DNA of 64,000 nt. It comes from Cetorhinus maximus. Its lineage: Eukaryota. Location: positions 94,736,001 to 94,800,000 of the forward strand of contig NC_135889.1 in assembly GCF_964194155.1 (NCBI RefSeq), read 5' to 3'. Shown here one piece after another: positions 23,816-37,114 of the stretch (position 1 is its first letter; each line of letters begins with the position of its first letter). The notes under the pieces were generated by a model. That model was given only the letters and a program-made list of their open reading frames with translations, was not told where the DNA came from and made no database searches. Made by a program: the position numbers and the translations under genes.

Positions 23816-25274
23816 CACCTGGATGGCACTTTGAAAAGATGCTGACTAACTTTGTTTTGTATAGTCGCAAGATAAATATGTAGTAATCATTGATTAGATG
23901 ATGCAAAAAAAAAAATGGACAAATATTGGTAGAGGATTGAAATATTGCCATATATTTTTCCACAACAGCACTTATAAAATCTGACTATTCTGAAATTAAG
24001 GCTTTTCCACATTGCATTAAGGAATCCTTACTGTCTCTGTGGAAATTTTATTTAATGAACAATCACATGCATCATAATTGTACTGGTAAACTGAGAGCAG
24101 TTAGATCAATTGGAGAATGACTCTGACCTGTAATCAACCAACTTGTCTTCTCTTCGTCCATATTGTAAAAGTAAATTAATACTCTTCAGTCTTTCGTCAA
24201 TATTATAGAAGAGTTGATTCTGTGCTCCCGCTTCCATGTACTTGTCATGTTGGCCTTAAAAGGATGTCTTTCACTGCCTTTAGATGGAAGGGAGGGTTTA
24301 CCATTAAATATAGACCACTTTCCTAAAAATATTAGGAACAATGTAAAATTTAGACAGGAATACTGTGCATTTAGGCTCAAATTTATCATTTGGGGACCCA
24401 AATTCAAACTACCCTCTAATTGTTTTCGGACAGGTTCTATACTATGGTCCTCACTTGCGTTAATCTTTCTATTCATTATTTTAAAGTTCTTTTGCAATGG
24501 TTCTTGCTTCCTAGATGAGTGAGTCTTATGCTGTGCATCCTGTAGTACATATTAAATCCATTTGCTTAATTGAACAGACATTTAAGCTTCAGGGTGTGAT
24601 TCTGTTGTTTTCCTATTTTTCCAATCTGCGTTACATCCTTTTATATCAAACTACTTTTATCTTCCTCTTTAGAATGTTTGTTTCTATTTATTCTCGCGAA
24701 GTGGGCAACATTGGCATTTATTACTCATCCCTGGGCTTTTTGGAATTGCAGCAGCAAGGAATTCTGACCAACAGTGAAGGGCTGGCAATACATGCCCTAG
24801 TCAAGTTGATGTGTGTCTTAATGAATTTTCCACAACATTATTCCTCATGCCCTTCTCAGCTGGAGAAGTTGAAGGGAGGAAGATTCTTATTGGAGTAACC
24901 TTGGTGAGTTATTACAGTATATCCTGCCGATCATAGATACCACATTCGAGTGCGCCATGTTGCAGGGGGTGGATATCAAGCTCAGTAGACAGGGGCCAGT
25001 CAAGCTAACCGCTGTGTCTTGAATGTAACTTTTGAATGTTGTGACTGTTACAGCCATCTAGACAAGTGATAAGTAAAAGCATTTTTTAGAATATATCAGC
25101 AGAGATGGAAAGACAACGTAAATGTTTCAATAATGCTTTTACTCATTTACACTTACTTTCCCGTACCATCACCAGCCACTCCGCCCCCCTCTGGTCATCA
25201 TCTTGGGCTGAAACACTTTAAAGGAGCTAAACGCAGATATTTAGCCTTTGTAATTCTGCAAAGTTGAACCCTAG

Positions 25275-26500
25275 AAAGAATACAGCACTGAAGGATCCAT
25301 TCACTCCATCATGTCTGTGCTGGTTCTTTGGCAGAGCTGTTCAATTAATCTTGCTCTTTTGCTCTTTCTCCATAGCCCTCTAAATGTTTCCCCTCAATTA
25401 TTTATCCAATTTTCTCAAGTTCTTCATCCCTGGTACCATTCCAGTGAATCTCTTCTACACTTCCTCCAAGACGTCGATATCCTTTCGAAGTGTGGTGCCC
25501 AGAAATAAACAATACTTCAACTGAGGCCTAACCAGTGTTTTTATAAAGCTTTAGCATAACTCCCTTGCTTTTGTACCCCATTCCTCTGTTAATAAAGCCA
25601 AGGATCTCATATACTCTTTAACAACCATCTCAACCTGCTCTGCCACCTTCAAAGATGTGTGCACGCATCCCTGATCTCTGTTCCTGTACCTCCTTAACAT
25701 CATATAATTTATTTCACATGCCCACTATTCGTACCAAAGTCTATCAATTCACATTCAACTACACTAACTTTCACCTGCCTTCTTTCTGGCCATTTCACCA
25801 ATCCCCTGATATGTGTTATTACCCTTCTAGTTTTACTGCATTAGAGTTTCATATCATCTTTGAAATTATGCCTTGTACACCCAAGTCCAAGCCATTAATA
25901 TACATGAAAATATTTGTGGTCCTGATACCAACTCCTGGGGAAACTTTGTATACCCTCCTACTACTCAGGAAAAAAACTGTTCACCACTACTTTCAGCTTT
26001 CAGTCTCTTAACTAATTTTGTATCCATGCTGTCACTGTCCCTTTAACCATGTGGACTTTAATTTTGCAGGCAAGTTTATTTTGTGGCACCTTGTCAAATG
26101 CCTTTTGAAAGTCCATATACACAACATCCACCACACTACGCTCATCAACCCTCTCCATTGCTTCATCAAAGAACTCAATCAGGTTAGTCAAACATGATTT
26201 GCTTTTAACAAAACCTCATTGACTTTAATTTATTAGCCCATACTTGCCCAATTAGCTCCTAATTTTGTCCTAGGTTATTGTGCCTTGGTTTCTTCACCAC
26301 TGACATTAGGCTGACTGGTCTGTAGTTGAAAGTTTTATCCGTTCCCTTTTTAAAAAATATTTGTAGCATTTGCAATCCTTCAGTCTCTGACACTACCCTA
26401 TTCCAAGGAGGATTGGAAGATTATGGCCAAAACCTCTGCAATTTTGACTCATAATTCTCTCAGTAATGTAGGATGCATTGGCCGGTGAATTTTCAACTTT
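25275..26500 (-). mobile_element. Old CR1 LINE 3' part
   Basis: tggcaccttgtcaaatgccttttgaaagtccat encodes MDFQKAFDKVP on the minus strand; heavily decayed. Confidence 0.8.
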
Positions 26501-26559
26501 GAGGATTTCCCCTTCAGAGTTTGGTGCGAAATTGATGTAAAATATTTACTACTTTAGAA

Positions 26560-29500
26560 GCAGAATGAGCCATGGACAAGGAAATCTCCTAATTACCAAC
26601 TATCGTCCTCCCTCGGATGATAAATCAAGACTCCTCCATTTTGAACATCAGTTGGCAAAAGTACTGTGTGTAGCACATCATCAACAAAAGTGGCTTGGTA
26701 GCACCACTACTGACCAAGCTGGCTGAGTCCTGAAGAACATAGACTGAGCTTCTGGCAGGTGGTGTTAATTGACATGAGGGAAATGTATTCACCAATCCTT
26801 GTGACCCAGCATATCCCTCGCTCTACCATTACCATCAAGGGAATCAACTCTGTTTCAATAAAGAGCATAGAACAGCATGACCAGGAGCAGCACCAGATGT
26901 ACCTAAAAATGTGGCGCCAAACTGGTGCAGCTATCTCGTAGGTCTAAATTCTAAATGTATGTTGAACAGTGGAAACAGCATGCTATAGATAGAGCTGAGT
27001 AATCCCACAACCAACAGATCAGATTAAAGCTCTGCAGTCCCACCATATCTAGTCACAAATGTGGTGGACACTGGAACAACTTACAGGAGGAGGAGACTCT
27101 TAGAACATTTCTGTTCTCAATAATGTTGTAGCCCAGCTCACTTATTAGTGTAAAAGAAGGCTGAAGCACCCGCATCTTCAGCAGAGTGTGGGTGAACCAT
27201 CTTGGCCGCCTCCTGAGGCCGTCACGATCACAGATACCAGTCTTTAAGTAATTTGATTCACCCTACATGATCTTGTTATGACCAGAGGGGAAGGGGTGAA
27301 TTGGCTCCTCTCTCTTCAACCTGCTTGGTTGGTTACAACAAAGGCTTAAGTCTCTTTTTAACGAGGATATGCCTTTTCTGGATCCTAATGTATTTAACTA
27401 TTTATGGAGTGAGCAATAAGGAGCTAATCAAAGCGGGTTTTCTTGAGTCAGAGAGCAAATTTTATTAACCACTGAACCAGAGGGGGAAAAAAAAGTGATA
27501 TCACACACACACACACACATACACATACATCAGAAATGAGGGAACTTAGAGTCCAATAAAAAATGTTTTGTGTATTTCTGAAGAAAGAGATGGGAAAGTT
27601 TTTCGTCTTGCACTCATCAGGACACTTGGCAAGAGTACCAATTTAAGGAGAAAACAACAATTTATACTTGAGAAGAGAATGCTGATTGGTTAGCAGATGG
27701 ACTCTGTTAAAAGAATATATGGTTAAGTGTCCTTTGATTTTCCTTGAGGCATAGATTTTTAAATGTGGCTGATTTGGATTAGTTGGTTTCATGGATGTGG
27801 TCAGATGTAGGTGATGTTGCAAATATTATGAGATCTCTATTCGCTGGTATATTTCTGGTAGAGTTAGCTTCCGAGCTGGGTGGTACTTTTGTTACAAAAG
27901 AGAAAGAGCCCAGCTTTCAGCCCATTTCCTCTGCTGAAAACTTTCTCGAAATCTCTGTGTGGTGGCTGCAGCCTTATCCTGAAATACTTCACCCATTGTG
28001 TATTTCCAAGGGGTTTTGAGTGGGCCTGTTTGTGGCAGCCATTGTTTCAATATCCAGCACTTTGCATTTTTAATGTCTCTTTCTTAGACAGTGAAGAGTT
28101 TCGGTGGGCCTCTTAATTATAGGAAATGTCTCTTTCTTTGCCCTCTCCTGAGGGTGATATTTGTTTTTCACCTTCACCCTGGATGGTGACCTTGCATTTT
28201 AAAATCTGTCTTATTTCAAATTGCAAAATTTCTAGACAGTTGAAAGTTGAAAAATCATTTTTAAAAATAAGGGGCATAGCCTTGTGACCATATCAAAAGG
28301 CAACTGAACACACTGGATACAGCAAAGGCAATGAACCTTGACAACATCCAGCTCCAAAACTAGTTGCACCTCTAGCCAAGCTGTTGCATTACATTGACAT
28401 CTATCTGGCAATGTGGAAAATTGCCCAGGTACGTCTGGTCCACAAAAAGCAGGAGAAATCCAATCCAGTCAAACCGGACTACTCTCCATCATCAGCAAAG
28501 TCGTGGAAGTTGTCATTGCCAGTGCATTCAAGTGGCACTTATTTACCAATAACCTGCTCACTGATGCTCAGTTTAGGTTCCACCAAGACTACTTGGCTCC
28601 AGACCTCATGGACAGAAGGGCTGAATTCTGAGACGAGGTGAGAGTGAGTGTGCTTGACGTTAAAGTAGAATTTGACCGTGTACCCCTAGTAAAATTGAAC
28701 TAAATGGGAATTGTAGAAAACTGTCCACTGGTTGGAATGAAATAGCACAAAGGAAGATGGTTATGATTGTTTGAGGCCAATGATCTCAGGCCCAGGACAT
28801 TGTTGCAGGTGCTCCTCAGTGCAACCATTTTCAGCTGATTCATCAGTGACCTTCCCTCCACCATAAGGTCAAAAGTGGGGATGATTGCATAATTTTCAGT
28901 TCCAGTTGCGAACTCAGATACTGAAGCAGTCCTTGGCTGCAGACATCTAAGACCTGGGCAACATTCTAGCTTGGGCTGTTAAGTGGCAATTGACATACAT
29001 GCCATACAAGTACCAGGCAATGGCTGTCTCCAACAAGAAAGAATCTAATTATCTCCCTTTGACGTTCAATGGCATTACCATTGCTGAATCCCCCTCCATC
29101 AACATCCTGGGGGTCACCATTGACCTAAAACTTAACTGTACTAGTCATGTAAATACTTGGCTACGTACGAACAGATCAGATGCTGGGTATTCTGTTGCAA
29201 GTGACTCGCCCCCTGACTCCCCAGAGCCATTCCACAATCTACAAGGCACAAGTCAGGGGCATTATGGAATAATGTCATCTTGCCTAGATGAGTGCTGCTC
29301 CAACAACAAGAAGCTCAACACCATGCAGGTCAAAATGGCCTGTTTGCTTAATTTGCACCCGATCCGCCATTTAAACATTCATTCCCTGCACCATGGCTAC
29401 TGTATGTACAATCTACAAGATGCTTTGCCATAACTCTCCAAGGCTGCTTCGACAGCACCTCCCAAAGGTCACCAAAAGCTTGGGAACACCACCACTTGCA

Positions 29501-29720
29501 AGTTTCTCTCCAAGTCTCACACCATCCTGACTTGCAAATCTATCACTGCTCCATCATCGTTACTGGGCCAAAATCCTGGAACTCCCCATCAGCAATGTAG
29601 GAGAACCGTCACTACTTGGCTGCACCAGTTCAAAATAGCAACTCAATACCAGCTTCTCAAGGGCAGTTCGAGATGAACAATGCTGGCTTCACCATTGAAG
29701 CCCACATCCCATGAATAATT
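26560..29720 (+). mobile_element. CR1-clade LINE family B (EN remnant, RT, 3'UTR), split by an LTR
   Basis: WKIAQV..VHKKQEKSNP, LLSIISKV, NNLLTDAQF.F, ILGVTID.KLN; the sequence resumes at ~28291 after the insert. Confidence 0.85.
27274..28290 (-). mobile_element. Probable solo LTR (~1.0 kb)
   Basis: Begins TGttatgac, ends gtgacCA, interrupts a LINE; aataaa on the minus strand near 27461; (CA)n at ~27502-27525; no clean TSD. Confidence 0.6.
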
Positions 29721-30337
29721 CCATGAAAAAAAATGACTGATCATTATTTTTCATGTGTATGCACTCAGCAGGATGAGACTGAACATTCACACCTGCAGTC
29801 AAGTGATTTGACATTTTATTGTGTATTATGCGCAGGAGGGTCTCTCATTTAGCATATTTGGTGAGAGACAGGCAAACATAATCTTCAGATTTAAAAAAAA
29901 ATCTATTTGTGAGCTATTACCCTGAAAAGGGAGGTTTGTTGAGCATGCACTTCAAAATGACATAATTTGGCTTGTTTATTTGATCTCAAATATTTTTTTT
30001 TTAAATCTTGCAGTTTATTTGCACATAGCACAAATAATCCAAGGATCGGGAGAGTTTAAGCTTGATAGAAGTATGCTATTCAAAGGGGTGGGAAGTGGTC
30101 AGATCTGGGGTATATTAATGCAGCTTTTTGTCTCCATGGGTGTATTTTTCTTATCAAAGCCTTTGAAGATATATCAAGAACTCAAAATGAACCCTTGGAT
30201 TTCCAATTTTTCAACCCCAAATTATACAGGGGAAAATAAAAAAATAAAGTTGTGCATAGTGCAAACTATATTGTGTACGGTCACTGTTGACAGTAGACAT
30301 AACAGTGCTGGTAACTTAATCAGTTAATATGTATATG

Positions 30338-31343
30338 CAGTGGAATCACGATTATTCAAACTCCGATGAGATGAAATTCTGATTATGTCGAAGTCATCAA
30401 CCATTCCCGACAGCAGAATAGCAAATGCCATAAAACAATGTCCGTGACAGGCCGAAATTCTACACTGGTAACTCTGGATTAACCAAACTTGCCTAAGCTT
30501 GTCATGTGACCGCGCTGACGAACCAGAGGAGAGATGGACTACACAAGAGTGCAAAATCTTGAAGCGCTGTGCAAGTCATCATTTGACATCGAGATATCTC
30601 TGTGAAAGGACATGCGAAGCTTGCAAGTATGGCTAAACCTGTGAGAAAGTTAAAAGTATTGTCGATGGGAAAGAAGGTGAATTTGATACAACAAGTTGGA
30701 ATACCGTGATTTGAAGTGGAAAATGGACATCACAAAGGATGGGAGACTCCACCATCGAGCTTGTCCACCATTATCAAATACAAGGCGAACATCTTTGAAC
30801 AGTTTGACAAGTAGATATTCACTTCAGCAAGGAAGAGGACGAGAAGGGTTGCCTATCCTGATGTTGAAGAAGATCTGCTAACGTGCTTCAAGGCAGCCCA
30901 AGCAGAAAACGCTCCCATCTCTGGTCCAACCTTGCAAGGAAGGATAGTTGCCCTGACAAAGAAGCTGGGCCGCATAGAGTTCACCTGCAGCGACGGGCAG
31001 CTGGACCCGATTCAAGGCGAGGCATGCTAAGCAGAAAAAGATTTGAGGTTTTCCAGAGTGAACTCCTGACATTTTTCAATGCAAAGCTCTGGCCTTTTAC
31101 AAGGTCAGGCCATTGTAAGGTATGAACAAGCTGAATAAATACTTCACATGTTTACAGCTTTACTGTGTTTTCATTTGGCATTTAAATTTGTTGTTTTTTT
31201 GACATAGATTGCATTTGTGGACATATCAGGTTACATAGAGATGCATTCATGTGAAAACGGGGCCTCCTCACCTGTCACGAAGCTCCGCTTAGCAAAAGTT
31301 TGTGGGTGTATCCCCTGAGATTTGACTCAACGAGATTTTACTG
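30338..31343 (+). mobile_element. Tigger/pogo DNA transposon, internally deleted
   Basis: TIRs cagtggaatcacgatta / caacgagattttactg plus TA. Encodes MAKPVRKLKVLS..KKV (psq-like) and YPDVEEDLL..F......PISGPTL....F..S.G.L (CENP-B HTH); no DDE domain seen. Confidence 0.85.
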
Positions 31344-31672
31344 TAATAGATGGTACATATTTATGCAATTGTCTTTCAACATTTGGGAGTCATTACTATG
31401 ATTTGAAAATGAGATTGCACACTATCAGTTCTCACTTATGATCCACGGTACATCTCCATTTGATGTTATTGCTATTAAAAGCTACTTTAAGGGGAGCTGT
31501 TTCTGATATTTTTCACAACATGTTGGACTTTGTGCTGATATCAGAAGACTGGAAAATTGCTAATGTTCTGATTATTAGAAAGGGTCAGGACATTAGCTTG
31601 TGGATTAAAGACCTATTCATTTGACACCAATTAGGTAAATCAAAATCATGGTCAACATGAAGTTATAGAATA

Positions 31673-31850
31673 CTGTGCTGGTTAGGTGGATTGGATTAGC
31701 TACGGTGTGAGAGTGTGTGCCCTATGATGGACTCGTGTCCTGTCCTTGGTGTATAACGCCTAACGCCCATTGCCTGTCAGATTAGGCACTGACTCCCCAC
31801 GACTCTGAATTGGATGAAGCGGTCCTGGGAAAGTGAGCGAGTGAGTGAGT
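31673..31850 (+). mobile_element. 5'-truncated V-SINE-like element with L2-type tail
   Basis: gttaggtggattgg (V-domain end), then gccctatgatggact..cctgtcc..ggtgta...ggatgaagcgg and a (gagt)n tail. Confidence 0.65.
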
Positions 31851-32224
31851 GGTCAGCTTTAACTAATGTATAGTAATTTCTTGAATGGCAATTATTTACT
31901 ATTGAAAAGCGTATGGCAAATTCAATTATTACATAATAGAAGATGTACTGTTGAATAAGATGGAGCAAGTTTCTTTTGCATAGCATAGGTAACCAGATGT
32001 TAAAGGCATGGTCACCTTGTAAAACAGCAATCATCTAGGAAAAGAATATTTTAAAATCTGCAAATAGATTAAGTAATTGCCCAAAAGAGGCAATTAACTA
32101 CTCATGGCACTTCATAAAACATTGATGAAACTTCGTATGAAATATTTCCAGTGTTCATGAATTTATAGGAAGTTAATAGCAGATTCCATTTTCTACATTA
32201 CTAAATACTATGGCAGCCTTCTCT

Positions 32225-33600
32225 ATCATAAGACAATAGTTTGTGCCTTGGTCATCAACCCTGGGTTTGGCATTGCTTGGTGTGCCTTAGGAGTCCCACT
32301 CTGGCATGGCAGTCTATGCCACATTTGCTGTAGAGGGTGACAGTGGCTGAGAAAGTGCAAGATTCGCTGGCCTCTGTTTTCTCTGGGCCCTCTTCTCGGC
32401 CAGCTGAGCTTTTCGTTACTGCCCACCTCTTCTTCCAGTGCCCTTCAAAAGAGTCAGCTGCCAAAGGTCACAGCTGTCAGAGACTGTCTCCCAAGTTGTC
32501 AGTGCCAATTGACTACCATCTTCAGATCTTGCTTGCAGGTGTCTTTGTAGTGGAGGAATGGATACCTAGGAAATTGTCAGTGTCAGGAAGATATATTAAT
32601 TTTCATAATGTTATTGGAATTTATTGTCAAGTAGAACAATAATGGGGTCTCTGCAGAGTAATAGTGGGGGTGGGGTGGGGGGGGGAGGGTGTGTGTGTGT
32701 TACTTAATTGAATTAAAGGCAGCTGGTCTCAAGGCTTTGATGTATTAGAAGAGAAGCTAGATTTGTAATGTTAAGTAGGTAAACATGGGGGGACATTTTA
32801 GAATGTAAGGTGTAAAGGGAACATTTGCATTTTTAAATAAACCAAACTAGTTTGAATTCAAAAGAGGGGGGTGAAATGTTTCACCTAGCCAGGAGAAGTT
32901 AAGAAACAATGTGTTTATTTTGACCAAAGATTACTGGTAAAATTGGTACTATGAGAGATTTTTATTATTAGAGAGGTAGAGTCCAAAGAAAAAGTGAAAC
33001 AATGGGAATTTGCATTCAAAGGGGAATATATGTATAAAAGAGAGAAGGCTGTGTGTAAGGGTATGCATTCTAAGATCTAAAACAAGTATGAAACGCCTCC
33101 AGCATGTAAGCCTCACTGACTACTATGAACTGAAGTTAAAAAAACTCACTCTGAACTGGATTGTTCACGGTTAAGTGTTTTTTTGCCTGGGTCCTTTAAA
33201 ACCTGTGTCTTACTGTTGCCTTAAAGAAAGTGTAACTGGGAGTTATATTAAATAGGGGATTTAGACGTTATCATAGTTGTAATTTGTAGATCTATGTGTG
33301 CGCTTAAAATCATTTCTTCTATTAATAAAGGTTTAATTTAGTTTTGTAAGAAACCTATAAGACTCCGTGGACTTATTACTACTGAATTCAAGGCAACCAT
33401 CTCGAAATTTATACAAATTGCAAAACAGTTATGGTAGTTGTTTCAAGTTTCCCTTTGGGATTTGAGCAGCTCAGCATTTACCATCGGCTATGTCATAACA
33501 ACCAATTCGCCATACAGCAGGCCTTTGGGTCTACAGCCGTCATCCACCTGATGGAAGTGGTCAAGCCAGCGCAGATGTCATTGGCTAAGCAGTGAGTGTA
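32225..33600 (-). mobile_element. RTE LINE 3' end, split by an LTR
   Basis: DDGCRPKGLLYGEL (33501-33545), HYKDTCKQDLK (~32520-32555), CGIDCHARVGLLRH. Confidence 0.8.
32581..33500 (+). mobile_element. Probable solo LTR (~0.92 kb)
   Basis: TGtca...gtcataaCA termini, tataaaa at ~33033, aataaa at ~33324; interrupts the RTE ORF. Confidence 0.65.
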
Positions 33601-34425
33601 CGCTGATGGAATTAACACGCTCCAGAACTTCTGAACTAACAAGTGTAGCTTAATCCCTCCTTGTTGGGGAAAAACAAAACAGATTTGAGTGAATATACTG
33701 GCAAATATTTCATCTTGTGAAGGTCTAGGTATGAAGGACAGTAAATTCCGCACAGTTCATCAATATGGCAGATGTATTGAATCAGAAAATCCCAAAGCAT
33801 TACCTATATTAGTGAAGGGCAGCAGATGGTAATCCTCCTCATTTGATTTCTAAACTTGTATATACACAAATGCATATCTAGGCATTTGTATACTGTTGAC
33901 TAAATTAACTTGTTCCAGATTACCCGAGAAAAACCAGTTTGAAAGATTGTTTGTTAACCAGGCCAACCAACAGAAGGCTCACATTATCACTCAGTGAAGT
34001 GCAAATTGTTGCTTGCCAGATACATAGAGAAGTTATGAAGAATTAATTACCTTTGTGGTACATATTAATTACCATCACAAGGTAAAGTAATGGTGATCAC
34101 CGTGAATCGGCAGAATCTAAATTATTGTAACTACTCAGCTGCATGCTTCACAATATTGCATAATTAGGGTTCACCCAGTAGCAATATGGTAATTACATTG
34201 ATATCCATGATTACAGCCTTTGTGAACTTAAATTCATAGTCTATACTGATGGTCAATTTTTCTTAGTAGGCACCCAATATTAAGGCTTTCTTTTGATAAC
34301 TTGAGTAACAAGTTGAATGGCATCAAACATTACTGCTTTTGTGGTGCTTTAGGGTCACCCGGAGGACATGTCTGTGGTGAGTGTTGTTTAGTCATTTTCC
34401 TCTTCCTAATTTAACTAACTTAGAA

Positions 34426-34468
34426 TGAACTGTAACTTCCTTTGTTGAACTGTAACTTCCTTTGTTGA
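34426..34468. repeat. 20-bp perfect tandem duplication
   Basis: tgaactgtaacttcctttgt x2. Confidence 0.95.
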
Positions 34469-34724
34469 CAGTATACTGTACTTTGCTTGGTGATTTGAAA
34501 CCTAGGTTGTTGACAATGGATAGCTCTTCAAAGAGTCAACACAGTCACAATGGGCTGAATGAGCTCCTATGTTCTATGAAACCCATTTTAAACTTGCTCT
34601 GCCTTCAAAGATCCTAGAGCATTCTATCCTTTTAACCACTTTGCACATTCTGAAGTCTTCTCGTCGATTTGAGATTGTTGAAAAATAAATTCTGGGATTT
34701 GCAACTCTGAAAACTTACACTAAA

Positions 34725-35445
34725 TCATAGAAAGTTTACAGCATAGGAAGAAGCCACTTGGCCTATTGTGTCTACACTGACGAAAAAACAAGCCACCCAT
34801 CCTTATCCCACTTTCCAGCATTTGATCTGTAACCCTGCAGGTTATGGCACTTGAGGTGCCTAACCAGATACCTTTTTAAATGACTTCGGGGTTTCTACCT
34901 CTACTACCCTTTCAGGCAGTGAATTCCAGACCCCCACAGCTCTCTAATATTTCTACCAACGACTTTAAATCTATGTCCCCTAGTGACTGACCTCTCTGCT
35001 AAAATAAACAGGCTCTTCCAATCCACTCATCCAGCTCCTCACAATTTTGTACATCTCCATAAAATCTCCCCTCAACCTCCTCTGTTCCAAGGAGAACAAC
35101 CCCAGCCTTATTCAATCTTTACTCATAGCTGCAATTTCCAGTCCTGGCAACATCGTTGTAAATCTCTTACATCCTTTCTGTCATGAGGCGACCAGAACTG
35201 TACACAGAACCCAAGTTGTGGCCTAACTAATGTTTTGTATAGTTCCAGCATAACCTCCGTGCCCTTGAATTCTTTACCTTGGCTAATAAATGAAAAGACT
35301 CCATATGCCTTCTAACCACCTTATCAACCTGTCCTGACTACTTCAGGGATCTGTGCACATTCACTCCCAACGTGTCTCACTTCCTCTACAACTCTCAGTA
35401 TCCTCCCATTTATTGTGCAATCCTTTGCCTTGTTTGACCTCCTCA
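34725..35445 (-). mobile_element. CR1 LINE 3' end
   Basis: Same 3'UTR and ORF2 C-terminus as the 35974 and 37115 copies; abuts an L2 tail (+) at ~35450-35560. Confidence 0.85.
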
Positions 35446-35973
35446 TCTGCCCTAATCTCTCCTTATGTGACACAGTGGCAAATTTTGTTTGATAACATTC
35501 ATATGAAGTACCTTGCATTGTTTTACAATGTTAACTATGCTATATAAATGCAAATTGTTTTCATTTTCTTTTAATCAGTAGTGTTTGTAGTCGGCTGTTC
35601 CAATAAAAGTTACAACATCTTAGATAAAGTTTTACTATTAGTTGTCAACAATTTTGCCTCATTCTGCTCTACTTTCTACATTAACAGTGCTTTGTTACAG
35701 CTCACTGATTCCAGCCAGTTCATTTGACACGTTTGACTGACATTTTCCAGTTTTAAAACTTGCAGAGCATGTCTAAGAATCTTTCCTGTAACAGATATTT
35801 TTAAAATGTTCTTTTCTAGCTCTTGTGTCCACAGTGAAGGGTTAGTGAACTGAATTATGCTGATGGACCCACCAGGTCTTGTTTCAGTGGCATAGAGTAC
35901 TCCTTAAAATCCACCCTTGTTTTTGGCCAAATTACCTTAAGATGCCTTTACTCCACTAGAGTTTAATTAGGGT

Positions 35974-36900
35974 CATAGAGTTATACAGTACAGAAACAGG
36001 CCCTTCAGCCCATCGCGTCCATGCCGGCCATCAAGCACCTATCTATTCTAATCCCATTTTCCAGCACTTGGCCCGTAGCCCTGTATGCTATGGCGTTTCA
36101 AGTGCTCATCTAAATACTTAAATGTTGTGAGGATTCCTGCCTCTATCACCCCCTCAGGCAGTGTGTTCCAGATTCCAACCACCCTTTGGGTGCAAAAAAT
36201 TCCCTCAAATTCCCTGTAAGCCTCCTGCCCCTTACCTTAAGTCTATGCCCCCTGGTTATTGACACCTCCGCTAAGGGGGAAAGTTTCTTCGCATCTACCC
36301 TATCTATGCCCCTCATAATTTTGTATACCTCTATCGGGTCCCCCTCCGCCTTCTCTGCTCTAAGGAAAACAACTCTAGCCTATCCAGTCTCTCTTCATAG
36401 GTGAAACGCTCCAGCCCAGGCAACATTGTTGTGAATCCCCTCTGCACCCTCTCCAGTGCAATCACATCCTCCCTATAGTGTGGTGACCAGAATTGCACGC
36501 AGTACTCCAGCGTTTTATACAGCTCCAACATAACCTCTCTGCTCTTATATTCTATGCCTCAGCTAATAAAGGCAAGTATGCCTTCTTAACCACCATATCT
36601 ACTTGTGCTGCTGCCTTCAGGGACATGTACACCAAGGTTTTTCTGATCCTCTGTGCTTCCTAGGGTCCTACCATTCATTGTGTATTCCCTCCCACAATGC
36701 ATCACCTCACTTCTCAGGATTAAATTCCATTTGCTAGTGCTCTACCCATCTTACCAGCCCATCTATATCGTCCTGTAATCTAAGGCTTTCCTCTTCACCT
36801 TTTACGACACCAACTATTTTTGTGTTTCACCTGTGAACTTGCTAATCATATCTCCATGTTCACGTCTAAGTCATTAATGTACATTACAAACAACAAGGAT
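35974..36900 (-). mobile_element. CR1 LINE 3' end
   Basis: LEYCVQFWSPHYRED...LERVQR ORF at 36331-36531; the tail reads catagag..tacag.acagaaacaggccc on the + strand. Confidence 0.9.
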
Positions 36901-37114
36901 CTCTTAATCGCAATTCTTGCACAGTAGACTGTAAGCCCAAGTGTAAATGGCTCAGACTCAGCAATGGGTGATGGCAGAGATCTTTTTCATGGATTTCCTG
37001 GTCTACCGTTGGAACAAATTTTCCTCCTTGTTGGCCTCTAAACATAATGAACCGGTTCTGTGCATGTGTTTGCATCCTGACACAAAGTAGAATCATAGCG
37101 TGAACATGAAAGTG

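Noticed and set aside
22451-24898. Cluster of 60-127 aa ORFs in AT-rich DNA
   Set aside because: F/L/I-rich low-complexity translations with no recognisable motif or splice-consistent structure.
32665-32700. G-tract/G-quadruplex and other homopolymer runs (21837, 49530, 56741)
   Set aside because: Simple slippage tracts, mostly inside repeats, with no evidence of function.
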